NCBI GenBank assembly: GCA_004764695.1
Contig: SMSO01000014.1
Location: 2,103,648-2,167,647, forward strand
From: Schizochytrium sp. TIO01
Taxonomy: Eukaryota; Protista; Bigyra: Labyrinthulomycetes
DNA length: 64,000 bases
Direction of reading: 5' to 3'
Under the pieces are notes generated by a model. That model was not told where the DNA came from, did no database searches, and saw only the letters and a program-made list of their open reading frames with translations. Each line of letters starts with the position of its first letter. The first letter of the stretch is position 1. The translations under genes were made by a program, and so were the position numbers. This document shows positions 33,336 through 44,576 of this stretch, one piece after another.

Positions 33336-34518
33336 ATTGCTCGCAAACATCGCAAATAACAGCGTCGCATCTAGGACATTGATAATAAGCCTCTACTGCT
33401 GGACCTTTGATGAAGGAGACTGAGCAGGCACTGCACGATGGATCTTTAGAAATCATTGTGTTTGCGCCGGCTTTGAGGGCATCAGCCATTTTCACTTCGC
33501 GAAATCTGGGTACTGGGAAGAGATGATGATAGGACCTTGACAAATGAGCAGAAGCAATTAATTCAAGTTCGCATATTGGACAATCTGTTGGGAGTTCTGA
33601 GACAACCGTGGCGCATCGTGGGCATGCGTATCCCTTGCTTGTGATTTCGTTTATATCGGCAGCAAGGGTTTTCCCTGCTGTCACCGCTTGACCAGACACG
33701 GTTCGTCCGTCACTGGTATCTTGTTCCGAAGTGCACTGTGATGGAAATCCCATTCTTACAAAGGTACATCGCAGGCCATTCTGATTCTCTGCAAGTGCCG
33801 GTGCTGGAGGCACATGGCTCTGAAGCAGTTGCCTAAAATGTTCCTTGCTAACAATAACATCATGACGTCCTCTCGTTTGCTCCGCGAGATATTTTGCCAC
33901 ATATACCTCAGCCGAGAGCCCAATCACAGAGCACCTTACCTTGGCCCTTTCTAATTTTTCAATGGTTTCAAACACATCTCCTTGGTCGCATGTACTTAGT
34001 GAAGACATCAAAACAAGCACCTCACGACTTCCGTGCTGCGGCACACTCTGAAGCGCCGCATGTGCCAGCTCGAGGCCATTTTGAAGCGAAAATTCGCCAC
34101 CTTGTGCAAATAGGGACAATGCCGCCAAGTGTCTCTGCGAGCTTGCGGACATGTCTGTCAGCTTTTGTGCAAGGCCATCTCTAGATATCACAATGCTCAA
34201 GCTACTCAGTGGGTTTTCATCAAAGTAGGACACCACGAAATCTTGCAGCAATTCTGCAGTTACTACGCGTCTCGACGGTCTCAAGTCGCTTTCCTCCATG
34301 GACTGTGACATGTCTACCACCACCACAAGAAAACGAATCATGTTGCGACACAACGTACCCTCTGGGCCGGAAACTCGGCGCGTGCCATTCATGCGTCCTC
34401 CTTCAAGTCCTAAACCTTCGCGACCTTCAGAGGCCACTGCTCGAAGGATACCATGCTCATCTTCTTGAAGAGCTTCCCAGCTCCGCGCAAGGTTAGTTTC
34501 CCAGGCATACCCTGACAT
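33247..34518 (-). CDS. GTF2H2: TFIIH p44 subunit (Ssl1/GTF2H2)
   Basis: GYAWE...RSWE.L.EDE.G, vWA VVDMSQSM..DLRPSR, YFDENPLS, SLQNGLE, SREVL, LSTCD.GD, GYACPRC..ELPTDCPIC, HLSRSYHHLFP, C-terminal FIHETLHNCPSC. Confidence 0.95.
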   Translation of the reverse strand: MSGYAWETNLARSWEALQEDEHGILRAVASEGREGLGLEGGRMNGTRRVSGPEGTLCRNMIRFLVVVVDMSQSMEESDLRPSRRVVTAELLQDFVVSYFDENPLSSLSIVISRDGLAQKLTDMSASSQRHLAALSLFAQGGEFSLQNGLELAHAALQSVPQHGSREVLVLMSSLSTCDQGDVFETIEKLERAKVRCSVIGLSAEVYVAKYLAEQTRGRHDVIVSKEHFRQLLQSHVPPAPALAENQNGLRCTFVRMGFPSQCTSEQDTSDGRTVSGQAVTAGKTLAADINEITSKGYACPRCATVVSELPTDCPICELELIASAHLSRSYHHLFPVPRFREVKMADALKAGANTMISKDPSCSACSVSFIKGPAVEAYYQCPRCDAVICDVCEQFIHETLHNCPSCLQNRSASLSVANRVETQ

Positions 34519-35253
34519 CGTTGAATTCGTTGATAGATTGAAGACAGTCTTGGTTTAGCTGGGTGGCTTTGGTGGAGTTGGAGTAAAGTTGGAGATGATG
34601 AAGACGAGGATGTAGAAGAAGCAAGAGAGCGACTTCCCCCAAACAAGACCCTGCTTTGACAACAGCAGCGAGGAAAGAGAAACTCGACTTGGATTTCGTG
34701 AAAAGTGGAGGGCTAACTGAGCGGAGCGAAGAGGTCCGCCGCAGCAAGTTGGAGCACAACCTCTTTTATATTTGTTGTTCTTCGACTTTGCTTCTTTTCA
34801 TTATTTATGACTATCTATCTGCTTGCTTATTATTGTTGGTAATTTCTATAGAGAAACATTCATAATATGATGTCAAAATACGTTGCATGTACTTTCGATT
34901 CAAGTTCTGACAACCAAGTGAATAGGTGGTGAAGCTGGCGTGCGAGTTTTAATAATTATATCAGCGAAGTGCTAAGGATTGTTTTCTTTGCGAAAGAGCA
35001 CAAAATCATATATCTAGTTCCGAGTCCCAATGAGGCTGACCTTAAATCATATGAGTTTTTGCATGTAATATTATATCCTAAAGAAAAACAGTAGCTAGCC
35101 CCGTCCCGAGCTGCTACTGGCAACTGCTCGGGTATCGATCTTGCGACATACCCAGACCCTATGGATTGAAATTCTCTGAACAATAAAAACAGAATGGAAA
35201 TAAAACACAGTCATGTGATTTTGAATTTAATTTGTGAAGGAAAGGAGGAGAGA

Positions 35254-36924
35254 TCATGCTGCTAATTTAGCAAGTTGTTTTCTCATGGTTTCTACAGAGG
35301 GCCGCTTAGAGGCATCAAGTCGCAAAGATTGTTTGACAATCTTCATGAAGTCCTCAGAGTACAGCGACTTGGTCGTTGAGGGATAACGTACATTTGCTTG
35401 CAAAATGGCAAGCGTCTGAACTCCCTGTGTGGGGTGCTCGAAGGGAGACCACATGCGGCCATAGGTCATGGCAAAAAGGGTTGTGCCAATTGACCATACG
35501 TCAAGAGCTGGCCCATACTCGTAGGGTAGCTCAGGAACTTCAAAGAGCTCTGGAGCGCGGTATGGTGCGGAGCATTTCACAGTTGCCTCATCAATAGCTA
35601 GACGCGCTTCGTTTCGGGTACTGACGATTGCATTAAGTGGGCCACATGAGCCAAGGTCCATGAGAATAGGGCGGATATTGCGGTAGTCTTGGGGGAGTTG
35701 AGCCGGTCCTCCGCCACGCACCTCAAGAAGAACGTTATGCGGTTTAATATCCCGGTGAGTAAAGCCAGCTTCGTGAAGAGCGGCAAGACCTTCAAGTACT
35801 CCAGCCATAAGACCTGCAGCAATAGGTTCTGGATAGGGCCACTCCAAACCAGGGTTTTGAGAGGCGCTCTCCATTTGGTCGAATACAGAACCTCCACTAT
35901 AAAGTGGGAAAAGCAAGTAAAACTCTCGTGCACCTGGGACTCGGCGAGACTCTGTTTCCATAAAGTCCACAAGCTGCATAACATACGCACTCCTTGTCTT
36001 TTGGTGAACTGAGACCTCGAGCTTTAGTGCAGACACATCCTCGCGAGTCTGTGCCAGACAACGTTTTAGTGCAAGTTCCTTGCCCGATTGCGGATCTTGC
36101 GCAAGGAAAACCTCAGAGAAGCCACCATCTGCAATCTTCTTACGAATTTCTACACTCTTTGACTGAAATTGAATAGTCTCGTTGTTTTGAATCGCATCAC
36201 TGGCTGCCGCAATCCCCTTCTTTGCCCAGCTTGCAAACTTCCCGAGATTACTCGCAACACCTTGTGAAGTTTTCTGAAATGTATCTTGCATATTCATCCC
36301 AGAGAGGCGATCACTCAATTTACTTGCTGCATTCGCCGCTGCATTCGCCGCTGCTTCTGCCATGGCCGCTCTTGACCTGGAAGAGTTCCGCTCACGCCGT
36401 TGATCTTGGTTCTGCTGCCACGAGGCACTGCCAGAATCTATATTTACTGTTGATGTTGTCTTCGACAAAGACGAATCTACCGGATCATTTTCTGAGGCCA
36501 TCCACCACACATCACCTTCAGGATCTGCTGCAAGGCATGGGAACTCATTCCTTCGTACAACTTGCATCTGCACAACGCCATCTTGTACTTCAATTTGCTC
36601 AAATGGAGTCTGCACCAGGAGCCACATGTACTTGCCAGATCTTGGAATTGGTTGTCGCACGAAAAACCTAAGGTCTTCAATTTCAAACGGAAAACTTTCA
36701 AAAACAGCCTGCGCTGTGATCCAAGCCACGCTCATCGCATTTCCACGTTCGCTAGTAACCTGCTCTGGGCTCGGGTGAACCACAAAGGCGTTGGCGCTTG
36801 CTGAGATCTTGCCCGCTCGCCCTCCATCAGCCGGCTCCATGGCACCCATCTCACGAAGTGCTCTCGCTGCCTGAACTGCATGCAGTTCTGACGCCAGGGC
36901 GTACAGTACTGTGACCTCTGCCAT
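35254..36924 (-). CDS. NAK-family (STK16/MPSK1-like) Ser/Thr kinase with an N-terminal DIX-like domain
   Basis: IADGGFSEVFL, ALKR, HRDIKPHNVLL, ILMDLGSC, CSAPYRAPELF, DVWSIG, SPFE: all NAK/STK16 hallmarks. First ATG is at 36924. Confidence 0.88.
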   Translation of the reverse strand: MAEVTVLYALASELHAVQAARALREMGAMEPADGGRAGKISASANAFVVHPSPEQVTSERGNAMSVAWITAQAVFESFPFEIEDLRFFVRQPIPRSGKYMWLLVQTPFEQIEVQDGVVQMQVVRRNEFPCLAADPEGDVWWMASENDPVDSSLSKTTSTVNIDSGSASWQQNQDQRRERNSSRSRAAMAEAAANAAANAASKLSDRLSGMNMQDTFQKTSQGVASNLGKFASWAKKGIAAASDAIQNNETIQFQSKSVEIRKKIADGGFSEVFLAQDPQSGKELALKRCLAQTREDVSALKLEVSVHQKTRSAYVMQLVDFMETESRRVPGAREFYLLFPLYSGGSVFDQMESASQNPGLEWPYPEPIAAGLMAGVLEGLAALHEAGFTHRDIKPHNVLLEVRGGGPAQLPQDYRNIRPILMDLGSCGPLNAIVSTRNEARLAIDEATVKCSAPYRAPELFEVPELPYEYGPALDVWSIGTTLFAMTYGRMWSPFEHPTQGVQTLAILQANVRYPSTTKSLYSEDFMKIVKQSLRLDASKRPSVETMRKQLAKLAA

Positions 36925-38774
36925 CTTGCCTCGAGCCTCTCTAGGCTGAGACCTTGTTCCCAAAGCGCTTTGCGCCTCCTCCCAGTGCGTTGATTGAGCT
37001 GTGAGATTCTCCTCGAAAACAAAAACAAACACAAAAAGAACTTAAAAATACTAAAATAAAGAAACAACTAGCTTCTTTCCTTCTCCTCATTTCAATTTGT
37101 AATGACGGGTAATAGAAATTTAGGTTACAGCTACCACACAATTCGGGCCACATCGCCGCCCTGGCATTTAAAATGCACAATCTCCTAACTGCACAGGAGC
37201 AGCTCCGCTGATCAGCTGGTTGCCTTGCAGAGCGTCACTTTATCTTTACAAACGAGATGGAAACGATAACACTTTCAGGGAAAAGGAAAGAGCGTCACCG
37301 ATAACTCATTTGTGGTGCTTATTCTTCACTTTGGTATATTTTGTCCTACTTGTATACCCTTGCTTTTAGATTTTCTACAAGTAGGCTACAGCCCCTCTCT
37401 GTTGCTGTGGAGTGCCAGCTGGCCCGCATTAGCACTCATTAGAGTCTATATCGCAAATAGGTTATACTGCGTGCAAGTCAATAATTATCAGTGTACATAT
37501 AAAGCTAAATTAGAATAAACAGAAAGAAAAAGGAGCCAGGTTCGTCGCACAGGGGATCAAAGAAGCAGCCAAAGGTCCAGCAATTCATCAATCGACCAAA
37601 TAGACTCCACATCAAGCGCAGGTGATTCGTTTCTTACAGACTAGTGAGAGTCTAGCGTTACTTCACTCTCAAGCTTCTTTTATCTACTACCCTGTCCCTG
37701 ACCTACTAACTGGTCGTCAGGAGCCTTCAACCTTGAGCTTTATTCTTGCAGCAGCAAAGAATTCAGGCAAACATATAAATAACAAAACTTGAAGATGCTT
37801 GTGCTTTACTATTTTTACAACTAAAATTCCACAAGTGCAAGGAGAACGCAAAATCATCGTCCTCACGAGACGGCAGCTAGCAGACATGTGCAAAAATGCA
37901 TGACCCTTAATCCAATGCCATCGCAGAGAAGGGGTGAGTCAGATGCGAGAGATGTAGTGCAATTTGCCTACGAAATATCAACTTACATTTTCCTCCAAAA
38001 GGAAGAAACTGTGCCAAGGCTGTACTAGTAGGTACCTAGCGTAGCTAGTTGAATAAGGTAAAATTTAATTGTTTCTTTTTCTTCTTTTATGCTGTCTCTT
38101 AAGATGATGATTCACTTCCTCATTCAAAGAGGAAACCATCAGCAGTCGTTCAACTCCTTCGAGCTATCGACAGTCTCGCTTTCGCTCATCCTCGACCCTT
38201 TTCTGGAGGACACCACGGGCCCCAGCACCCGGCGACTAGTCATCTTTCATTTGGTCGAGAGCCTCGACTGCCGTCTCGCTACCCTCCGGTTTTCGTCAAG
38301 CACAGCGGCAGCACTGTTGTGGTCAACGAAACTGAAGATTTGGTTGATTTATTGATTGTTTCTTTCCTCACTTTCTCTTTTTATTTCACCTCCTTTGCAA
38401 GTCGCCCGGAGCACAGAGCAAACTTCATTTCCTTCTAGAGCTTCGGAGGATAAGTTCACGTGCGGGTGCAAAACGTGGGTCTTCTTCTCTGTAGCTTTGG
38501 TGTCGTTGGATTGATCAGCCTCGGGTGCTTTGAGGGGTTACAAGTTGTACTTTGTTCGTGTGGTCTCTGAGTCGCACGTTCCAGCTGCCTTGACTGACTC
38601 TAAGGCTGGCAACTTTCTTAGGTACTCGTCTTGTGCAGGACACTCGCTGTTATTCTTTGGAGTACAGCGGACATAATTACTAGAAAAGGAAAAGTCTCCG
38701 TGGCAAATCAAATTCGAGTTGATCTCTTCATCTGTTTTTGCAGATAGATAGATCTATAGCCTAAACATCTGAAA

Positions 38775-39683
38775 ATGCATAGCCGGTTGTCAGACATTCT
38801 GCCGTCAAAGGAGGAGGCATCGCAGGATGGTGCTGAGGAAACGGATATGGTGATGGAGGGAGGCGTCGAGATGAGCCCAGTCACTTCAAAAAGCATGCGC
38901 GATTTTTTTGCTCAAGTGGAGCAAGTAAAGAATACCATTCAGTATGTAAAGTCTCGCACAAGCGAGGTTAGCCGCCTGCAGGATGAGGCTGTGAATGCCG
39001 TACGGAGCGAAGATCAGAACCACACAAGTGAAGAGCTTGACCATGTACTCTCTGATGTCAACAAACGCTGTGCAGATGCGAAGCAAATGCTGACGACCAT
39101 GAAAACTGAAACCGAGGAACTCGAGAAGAAGTCATCCGCGCCCGCCTCGGAGCTCCGCATTCGTAAAAATATGTATAATTCCACGACCCAAAACTTTGTG
39201 AATGCAGTGCGTGGTTTTCAGCAGGCTCAGCAAACATACAAGAGTAGGATGAAAGAAAAGGTAGCACGCCAAGTGCGTTACGTCAAACCTGATGCTACCT
39301 ACGAAGAAATTGATACTGCGATGCGATCTGGGGATCCAAACGCGATCTATCGTGCAGCAATCCTTAATCAAGGCAGCGACCCTGTTGCTCAGGCTTACAT
39401 GGATGTCCAAGCCAAATATCAGGATGTCATGCGTCTTGAGGAGAGCGTCCGCGCGTTGCACCAAATGTTCCAGGATTTAGCACTCTTGGTAGAGACTCAG
39501 GGTGAAATGCTCGATCAAATTGAAATCTCTGTCAACCAGACGGTAGAACACGTGGACAAGGGTAAAGAGGAGCTTAAGAAGGCACTAAAGGCCCGAAAGT
39601 CAATTCGCAAAAAGTACTTTATCATTGCACTTATTGTTATCGTCATTATCGTCATCATCGTTGTGGTTGTCATTCGCCCCTAA
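38775..39683 (+). CDS. Plasma-membrane-type syntaxin (Qa-SNARE, syntaxin-1/SYP1-like)
   Basis: N-peptide MHSRLSDI, Habc (MRDFFAQVEQVK...ELRIRKN), SNARE motif LEESVRALHQMFQDLALLVETQGEMLDQIE, C-terminal transmembrane anchor. Confidence 0.95.
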   Translation: MHSRLSDILPSKEEASQDGAEETDMVMEGGVEMSPVTSKSMRDFFAQVEQVKNTIQYVKSRTSEVSRLQDEAVNAVRSEDQNHTSEELDHVLSDVNKRCADAKQMLTTMKTETEELEKKSSAPASELRIRKNMYNSTTQNFVNAVRGFQQAQQTYKSRMKEKVARQVRYVKPDATYEEIDTAMRSGDPNAIYRAAILNQGSDPVAQAYMDVQAKYQDVMRLEESVRALHQMFQDLALLVETQGEMLDQIEISVNQTVEHVDKGKEELKKALKARKSIRKKYFIIALIVIVIIVIIVVVVIRP

Positions 39684-40054
39684 GTACTCTTTGTCTCTGC
39701 ATTATTATAGCATCTTTGCTTGAGCAACGATTTTGATAGCTAAGCTAGATTTTTACAAATTTATGCCCCCATTATCTTCAAGTGACTACATTTCCCTTTT
39801 TCATATATACTCTCAACACACATCGCCCTGCTTGGGTAAAGAGGGATTTTCTATTTTATCAACTTTGTTATAGTTTGTGAGATTAGTTTATAGTCATCGT
39901 GTCTGTAGAACTACTCTTGGTCTGAAAAGGGGTTACATTACTTTATGGGTCCAGACCATCAGTAAAATTGTTTTATTTAGATTGAAGTACAGACGGTGAG
40001 AGTTTTGATCACCTCAAAAGAGCGAAATACTGTCTGAATCATAGAACGGCATTA

Positions 40055-41356
40055 TCAAAGTTCTATTTTGACTGCGTTTCGAAATTGAACATCTAAGCGA
40101 AGCTTTGCAACTGATTCTGCAAACGAGGCGATCAGAAGTAGCAGAGCCACACCGGAGATCCACAACGCAGCCAGTGCAAGTCTTTCTTCTACCATGCCTG
40201 CGATAAAAGCAGAAACGGACAGAGTTGTGGACAGAATTCGTATTCCTATGGTCCAACGGGGCCCGAGGCAATAGCAAACGTTGACTCCTAATTCTACAAA
40301 ACAAAGTACAACAACAGCCAACAAAGTGAACAGATCATCAATTGTAAGGGTAAAAGTGTCTGCAAATGACATGCTTAGAAAAACGCTCCAGAGCTGCCCT
40401 TGCATGCGGAGGTAAATATCCAACAGGACATAAGTGGCACTCATCATTCCAAACCTTCGCCAACCTAGTAGCAGAGGTCCAAGTTTTGCTTGTACAACGA
40501 CGCAGTGCACAATGTATAGAAAGGTCGTGGACATCCAAACTAGTAGGGCAGTAATCTGCAAAATGGAGGTGTTTATGCTTGAAGGAAGTTGAAGACTGTT
40601 GCTTTTGAGCACCGCTCCAGTGAAGACCAAACCAACCAGTAACTTGCCTAATAGTATTGCAGGCTGAGACTCAAAGTAAACTTCTCGCATCGCACGCCTA
40701 TCAACAAGGAATGGCCGCACTAGTTCTCTTTCGAAGTCCTCTACCCGCCGCAATTTGAGGCGTTCCATTTCGGCAAAACGGTGTGCACGAATTGATCGGA
40801 CCCGCGCAGACAACTGACTACTTACAGTCATGAGGTTATACTCGGTCTCTTTGGATGCATGTACTAATGCTGTTAAGTCTTTTTGAAGGCAATCAAATGG
40901 CGGTCGAGCTGGTTGCCAGGATGCAGTATGAAGGCAAACTATGTTTTTATCTAACTTCTTGGTAATTTTGCGTATCGCAGTGCGATTGGTGATACAAAAT
41001 TTAAGGACACTTGCTACACGCTCAGCCCAATAAACGTAAACTTCAAGAACCTGGTCATGGTCTATTGCTGAGGATTCTACATTGGGATGGCGCAGATCCT
41101 TCACTCCGGCTAGAATTTTTTCTTTGCAGGCACTTACATCAGCAAGAATCCCAGAGGCGAAGGCCTCTGCAGCAGCGAGGTTGGCCTCAAGCCTAGCAAA
41201 GAATTGTTTGTAAATAACCTCTACCTCTTGAAACCGTTGTTGCTGCTGTGCGTTATTCATGGCAAAAATAAGTTTCTTCAAAGCATGGTACTGAATATAA
41301 TAGATCTCCCACCCTGGCTCCATTAACTCTTCAAGCAACCGGCGGCCAAACTTCAT
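40055..41356 (-). CDS. SPX-domain membrane protein with an unrecognised multi-pass C-terminal domain
   Basis: MKFGRRL...W..YYIQYHALKKLI and NRTAIRKITKKLDK (SPX phosphate-binding and lysine clusters), then about 6-7 hydrophobic segments. Confidence 0.85.
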   Translation of the reverse strand: MKFGRRLLEELMEPGWEIYYIQYHALKKLIFAMNNAQQQQRFQEVEVIYKQFFARLEANLAAAEAFASGILADVSACKEKILAGVKDLRHPNVESSAIDHDQVLEVYVYWAERVASVLKFCITNRTAIRKITKKLDKNIVCLHTASWQPARPPFDCLQKDLTALVHASKETEYNLMTVSSQLSARVRSIRAHRFAEMERLKLRRVEDFERELVRPFLVDRRAMREVYFESQPAILLGKLLVGLVFTGAVLKSNSLQLPSSINTSILQITALLVWMSTTFLYIVHCVVVQAKLGPLLLGWRRFGMMSATYVLLDIYLRMQGQLWSVFLSMSFADTFTLTIDDLFTLLAVVVLCFVELGVNVCYCLGPRWTIGIRILSTTLSVSAFIAGMVEERLALAALWISGVALLLLIASFAESVAKLRLDVQFRNAVKIEL

Positions 41357-42146
41357 GTTGCCGCCTACAAAGCTGGATTTCTTTAAGACCTTCTACGTTC
41401 AATCGATGGATCCCTGCCCGTGGCGTGGACGGTTTGCAGTAAAGGGTTTGCTTCGGTTGTTTGCTTATATTGAATATCAAGTTCTTGGTTGGCCTTCTGA
41501 AAACCTTCAGCTTCTACTATCGCAAGAATTCCTCTTATTGAAGAAACCACAACTCTTATAAACACCGCACGGTTTTTCGGTGCAAACTACTCGTGTACAG
41601 CACCTGTGCCCCCTGCCTGACGAACTCAAATAAAAGACCTCGATCGCATCGACAGACCTTTGTTGCGGTTTTGCTTTTCCTCTCTTCAAGGTTTTCAAAA
41701 ACGAACTAAGCTTCTGGCTTTTCCGGTGATGGTTATTAAGGCAAAAGCTGAGGTTTCTTCCTTTGCTATCCGTATTTTGCCTCTGCAGCAGGTCGAGGGC
41801 AGCCTTGAAATAAACCTTCTGCAGTTTGCTGCAAGTTGAGGCATCCAGCTCTGTGTCCCCGGCGAAGATTCAAATCATTATATATGTGTGTACGAGGACC
41901 CCTTAAGATCTTTCATAGTCCCTACAGGATCTGATAGGCTTTACTCTTCGCACACCCGGATATTGTGAGAATTACTCAGCTCTAGATTGATATGGATGTA
42001 TAAACGAGCAAAAGAAACAAACGCATGAACATCAAGATTGAGCAAAAGTTGACCGCAGAGAAGTAAAGATTTTAAATCATGAGGTATCTAAGAAAAGTAT
42101 AGTCGACGTTTAGCCCCAAAAGATTGTCAGTTTGACTATAAAGAAA

Positions 42147-43253
42147 CTAGTTTGTTGCGCTGTCGGGGTTTGATCGCTTCCAGCGCATGTATTGTTTATA
42201 GCGCTCAGGATATTTTTCTTTGAATTGTAACTCCTGAAAACGCTGAAAGTTGTCACGATGCCAGCATTCCATATCAATAAGACGTTGTTTCTCCTCCGGG
42301 GAGTACTCTTGATCCAGTGCGCCTTCCTGAACTCCAAGAGCCTGCGTGAGAAGATACATCTTCTCTTCAAAGGAAAGAGGCTCCCCACGAATACTATGGC
42401 GAATGTACCAATCAAGTTGAAACCAAATAGCACTTGGGAGAGTATAGGGCAGCTTAACGAGTTTCACAAGCAACAGCCCTTGAATTGTTGGCTTGCTGTA
42501 CCCACCTTCAATCTGAACCTCATTGGCAAGCTCTACAGATACATCTTTTTCTAGCTGTTCTAACTCGGCAGATTCCTCTTTGGCTGCCTGCTTTCTCTTC
42601 CGGCGGTCTGCTTTGCTTGACACACCCTGTCCTGCAGCGGTATTCTGAGAAGCTGCGCTGAGACGCTCCTTTGCAACACGTTTGACCTCCTTCATAAACC
42701 GCTCTGACTTCATGACTTGTTCATGAGCACGCTTGTGCATGTAAGACTGAAGAATCCACTGCAAGACCGAAATGCCGATGGCCCAGCCAGCTATAACAAC
42801 GCGCCAGTCAGATTTTGGCGCGTACACATGTGTATAGTATCGGTATCGATTCCTCATGACGTCCTCCGGGTGATCCATGTAGTAGTCATAGTCTTTGCGA
42901 GTATCTTCGTCGATCAGTGTTTCATATGCTCGTCCAACGCGGGCAAATGCCTCTGTGGCATCAGGATTATTGAGATTTCGATCGGGGTGCAATTCTTTGC
43001 TCAGTTTTCTGTATGCTTTTCGAATATCCTTTGCGGTTGGGAAATCATACCGGTAAAGGCCAAGTACCCGGTAGCAGTCGTCAGGATCACAGTACATCCC
43101 TCCGTTTTGCGCATGTGTCGGTACGCTCAGCTGAAGAAGTACCACGAGAAGAAGAGCAACGACGCATCGTGCAGACCACAAAGACTTGCCATGCCTTCTA
43201 TTTGAGTGGCTGGCGTATGCAGTACCTTGGTTAATCACCCCTTGGAGCTGCAT
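42147..43253 (-). CDS. DNAJC25: DNAJC25-like ER membrane J-domain protein
   Basis: Signal-like hydrophobic stretch, GMYC..DDCYRVLGL, IRKAYRKLSKELHPD, YDYYMDHP, APKSDWRVV, GGYSKP, YKQYMRW. Start is ATG 43253 or the upstream ATG at 43370. Confidence 0.88.
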   Translation of the reverse strand: MQLQGVINQGTAYASHSNRRHGKSLWSARCVVALLLVVLLQLSVPTHAQNGGMYCDPDDCYRVLGLYRYDFPTAKDIRKAYRKLSKELHPDRNLNNPDATEAFARVGRAYETLIDEDTRKDYDYYMDHPEDVMRNRYRYYTHVYAPKSDWRVVIAGWAIGISVLQWILQSYMHKRAHEQVMKSERFMKEVKRVAKERLSAASQNTAAGQGVSSKADRRKRKQAAKEESAELEQLEKDVSVELANEVQIEGGYSKPTIQGLLLVKLVKLPYTLPSAIWFQLDWYIRHSIRGEPLSFEEKMYLLTQALGVQEGALDQEYSPEEKQRLIDMECWHRDNFQRFQELQFKEKYPERYKQYMRWKRSNPDSATN

Positions 43254-44153
43254 ACTTATGGTATGTGAGAGTGTACAGAGAAAATCGCGCGGCAAGCTCA
43301 AATGGCCTGCTTGTGCTTTGCCGCAAGACTTTGAAAAGTGTTTGCTAGGTTGCCAAACAAGACAGTTCATCAGTTGTCCTTTGTATTGTGTATTGGTGAT
43401 ACCGCGGTTATTGAAATAAAAAAAATAAAAAAAATTGGAACAGTATATTTCGAAATGAAATCGAAAAACAAACGTATGGAGAGAAATGTGTCATATGTCT
43501 GCACGTCCGTTCTGCAAGAGCTAAAAGTTTAACAGCAAAACGATTCTTTATTTCAATATGTACAAAACGACAAGAGGCATGCATAGTCCACTAGCATGTC
43601 CTCCGTTCTCACATGGACTAACAGAAGAACGCGTAGTAAAAAATGGGTGGAGTGGATGTAACATTCTTTAAAACGACTCACTTAAACGCTGATGTAAATA
43701 AACCATCTGGTTTTGTTTTGGCTACTTGCTTAATCATATCTTCGGATCACGTTACTCTACGGCAGCGAATAATGTTATTGCTTATTTCATGCGTAAAATT
43801 AATATGGTGCCGATCATAAGAGACAAACGACTTTATATCACCAACATGGGTTTAAATCCACAGCAAAAATTGTACCATTAAGATGCAAGTAACCTTGAGT
43901 TGAACAATTGGCAGTTTCTGATAGCCTAATAAAAACATGAAGCATGCTTGCTTGGTTCTAGGTTTGTCCTCAGTGCTACATTCTACATTTTTTAAAAATT
44001 ATTTACATCTATGTAATCCATCGATTTACCAGCGAATGGCTTTAAAACCAGGTTTCGCAACTTATCGATTTGTATTAACAAGTCAGATTTTGCAAGTTTA
44101 TATTTTGGCTGCAAGATTTGCTGCCTCAGTGCCTTCAACAAAATGACCGCAAG

Positions 44154-44188
44154 TGACCTATTTAACGACCTATTTAACGACCTATTTA
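44154..44188. repeat. 12-bp tandem repeat (GACCTATTTAAC) x3
   Basis: Directly visible. Confidence 0.85.
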
Positions 44189-44507
44189 AAATGACATTAT
44201 TAGATTATAAATAGAATTAAAAAAAATTAAACAATATTTGGGGGCATTTTAGATGTTCGGAGAAACATAAATAAAAACCCCGAGACAATAAATGAACGTA
44301 TTAAAAGGTTTTCTTAATTTTTATTTTATTTCTTAACACATATAGTTAATATAGTAAAATAGCTGGTAGGGATGAAAAGTCAAACAATCGGAATCAGTCT
44401 ATTTCTAAGTAAAAACTATGAGTATATTTTGAAAAATTTGAATGTATTTTATTCTTAATTAGTAAGCAAAGAAGAATGAAGGTATTATATTCTTAATTAG
44501 TAAAGCA

Positions 44508-44525
44508 AAGAAGAAGAAGAAGAAG

Positions 44526-44557
<32 letters not shown>

Positions 44558-44576
44558 GAAGTAGTAGAAGAAGAAG
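44508..44576. repeat. (AAG)n microsatellite
   Basis: About 16 perfect units followed by degenerate TAG/AAG units. Confidence 0.95.

Noticed and set aside
38340-38775. 5' UTR intron of the syntaxin gene (acceptor TTTTTGCAG at 38743)
   Set aside because: The acceptor is plausible, but no unambiguous donor can be assigned without transcripts.
4493-43253. Functional clustering of trafficking/signalling or tRNA-modification genes
   Set aside because: Mixed orientations and unrelated housekeeping functions; consistent with ordinary eukaryotic gene order.
244-43419. Numerous short antisense or alternative-frame ORFs nested in the real genes
   Set aside because: Shadow ORFs expected from codon bias and coding microsatellites; no independent motifs.
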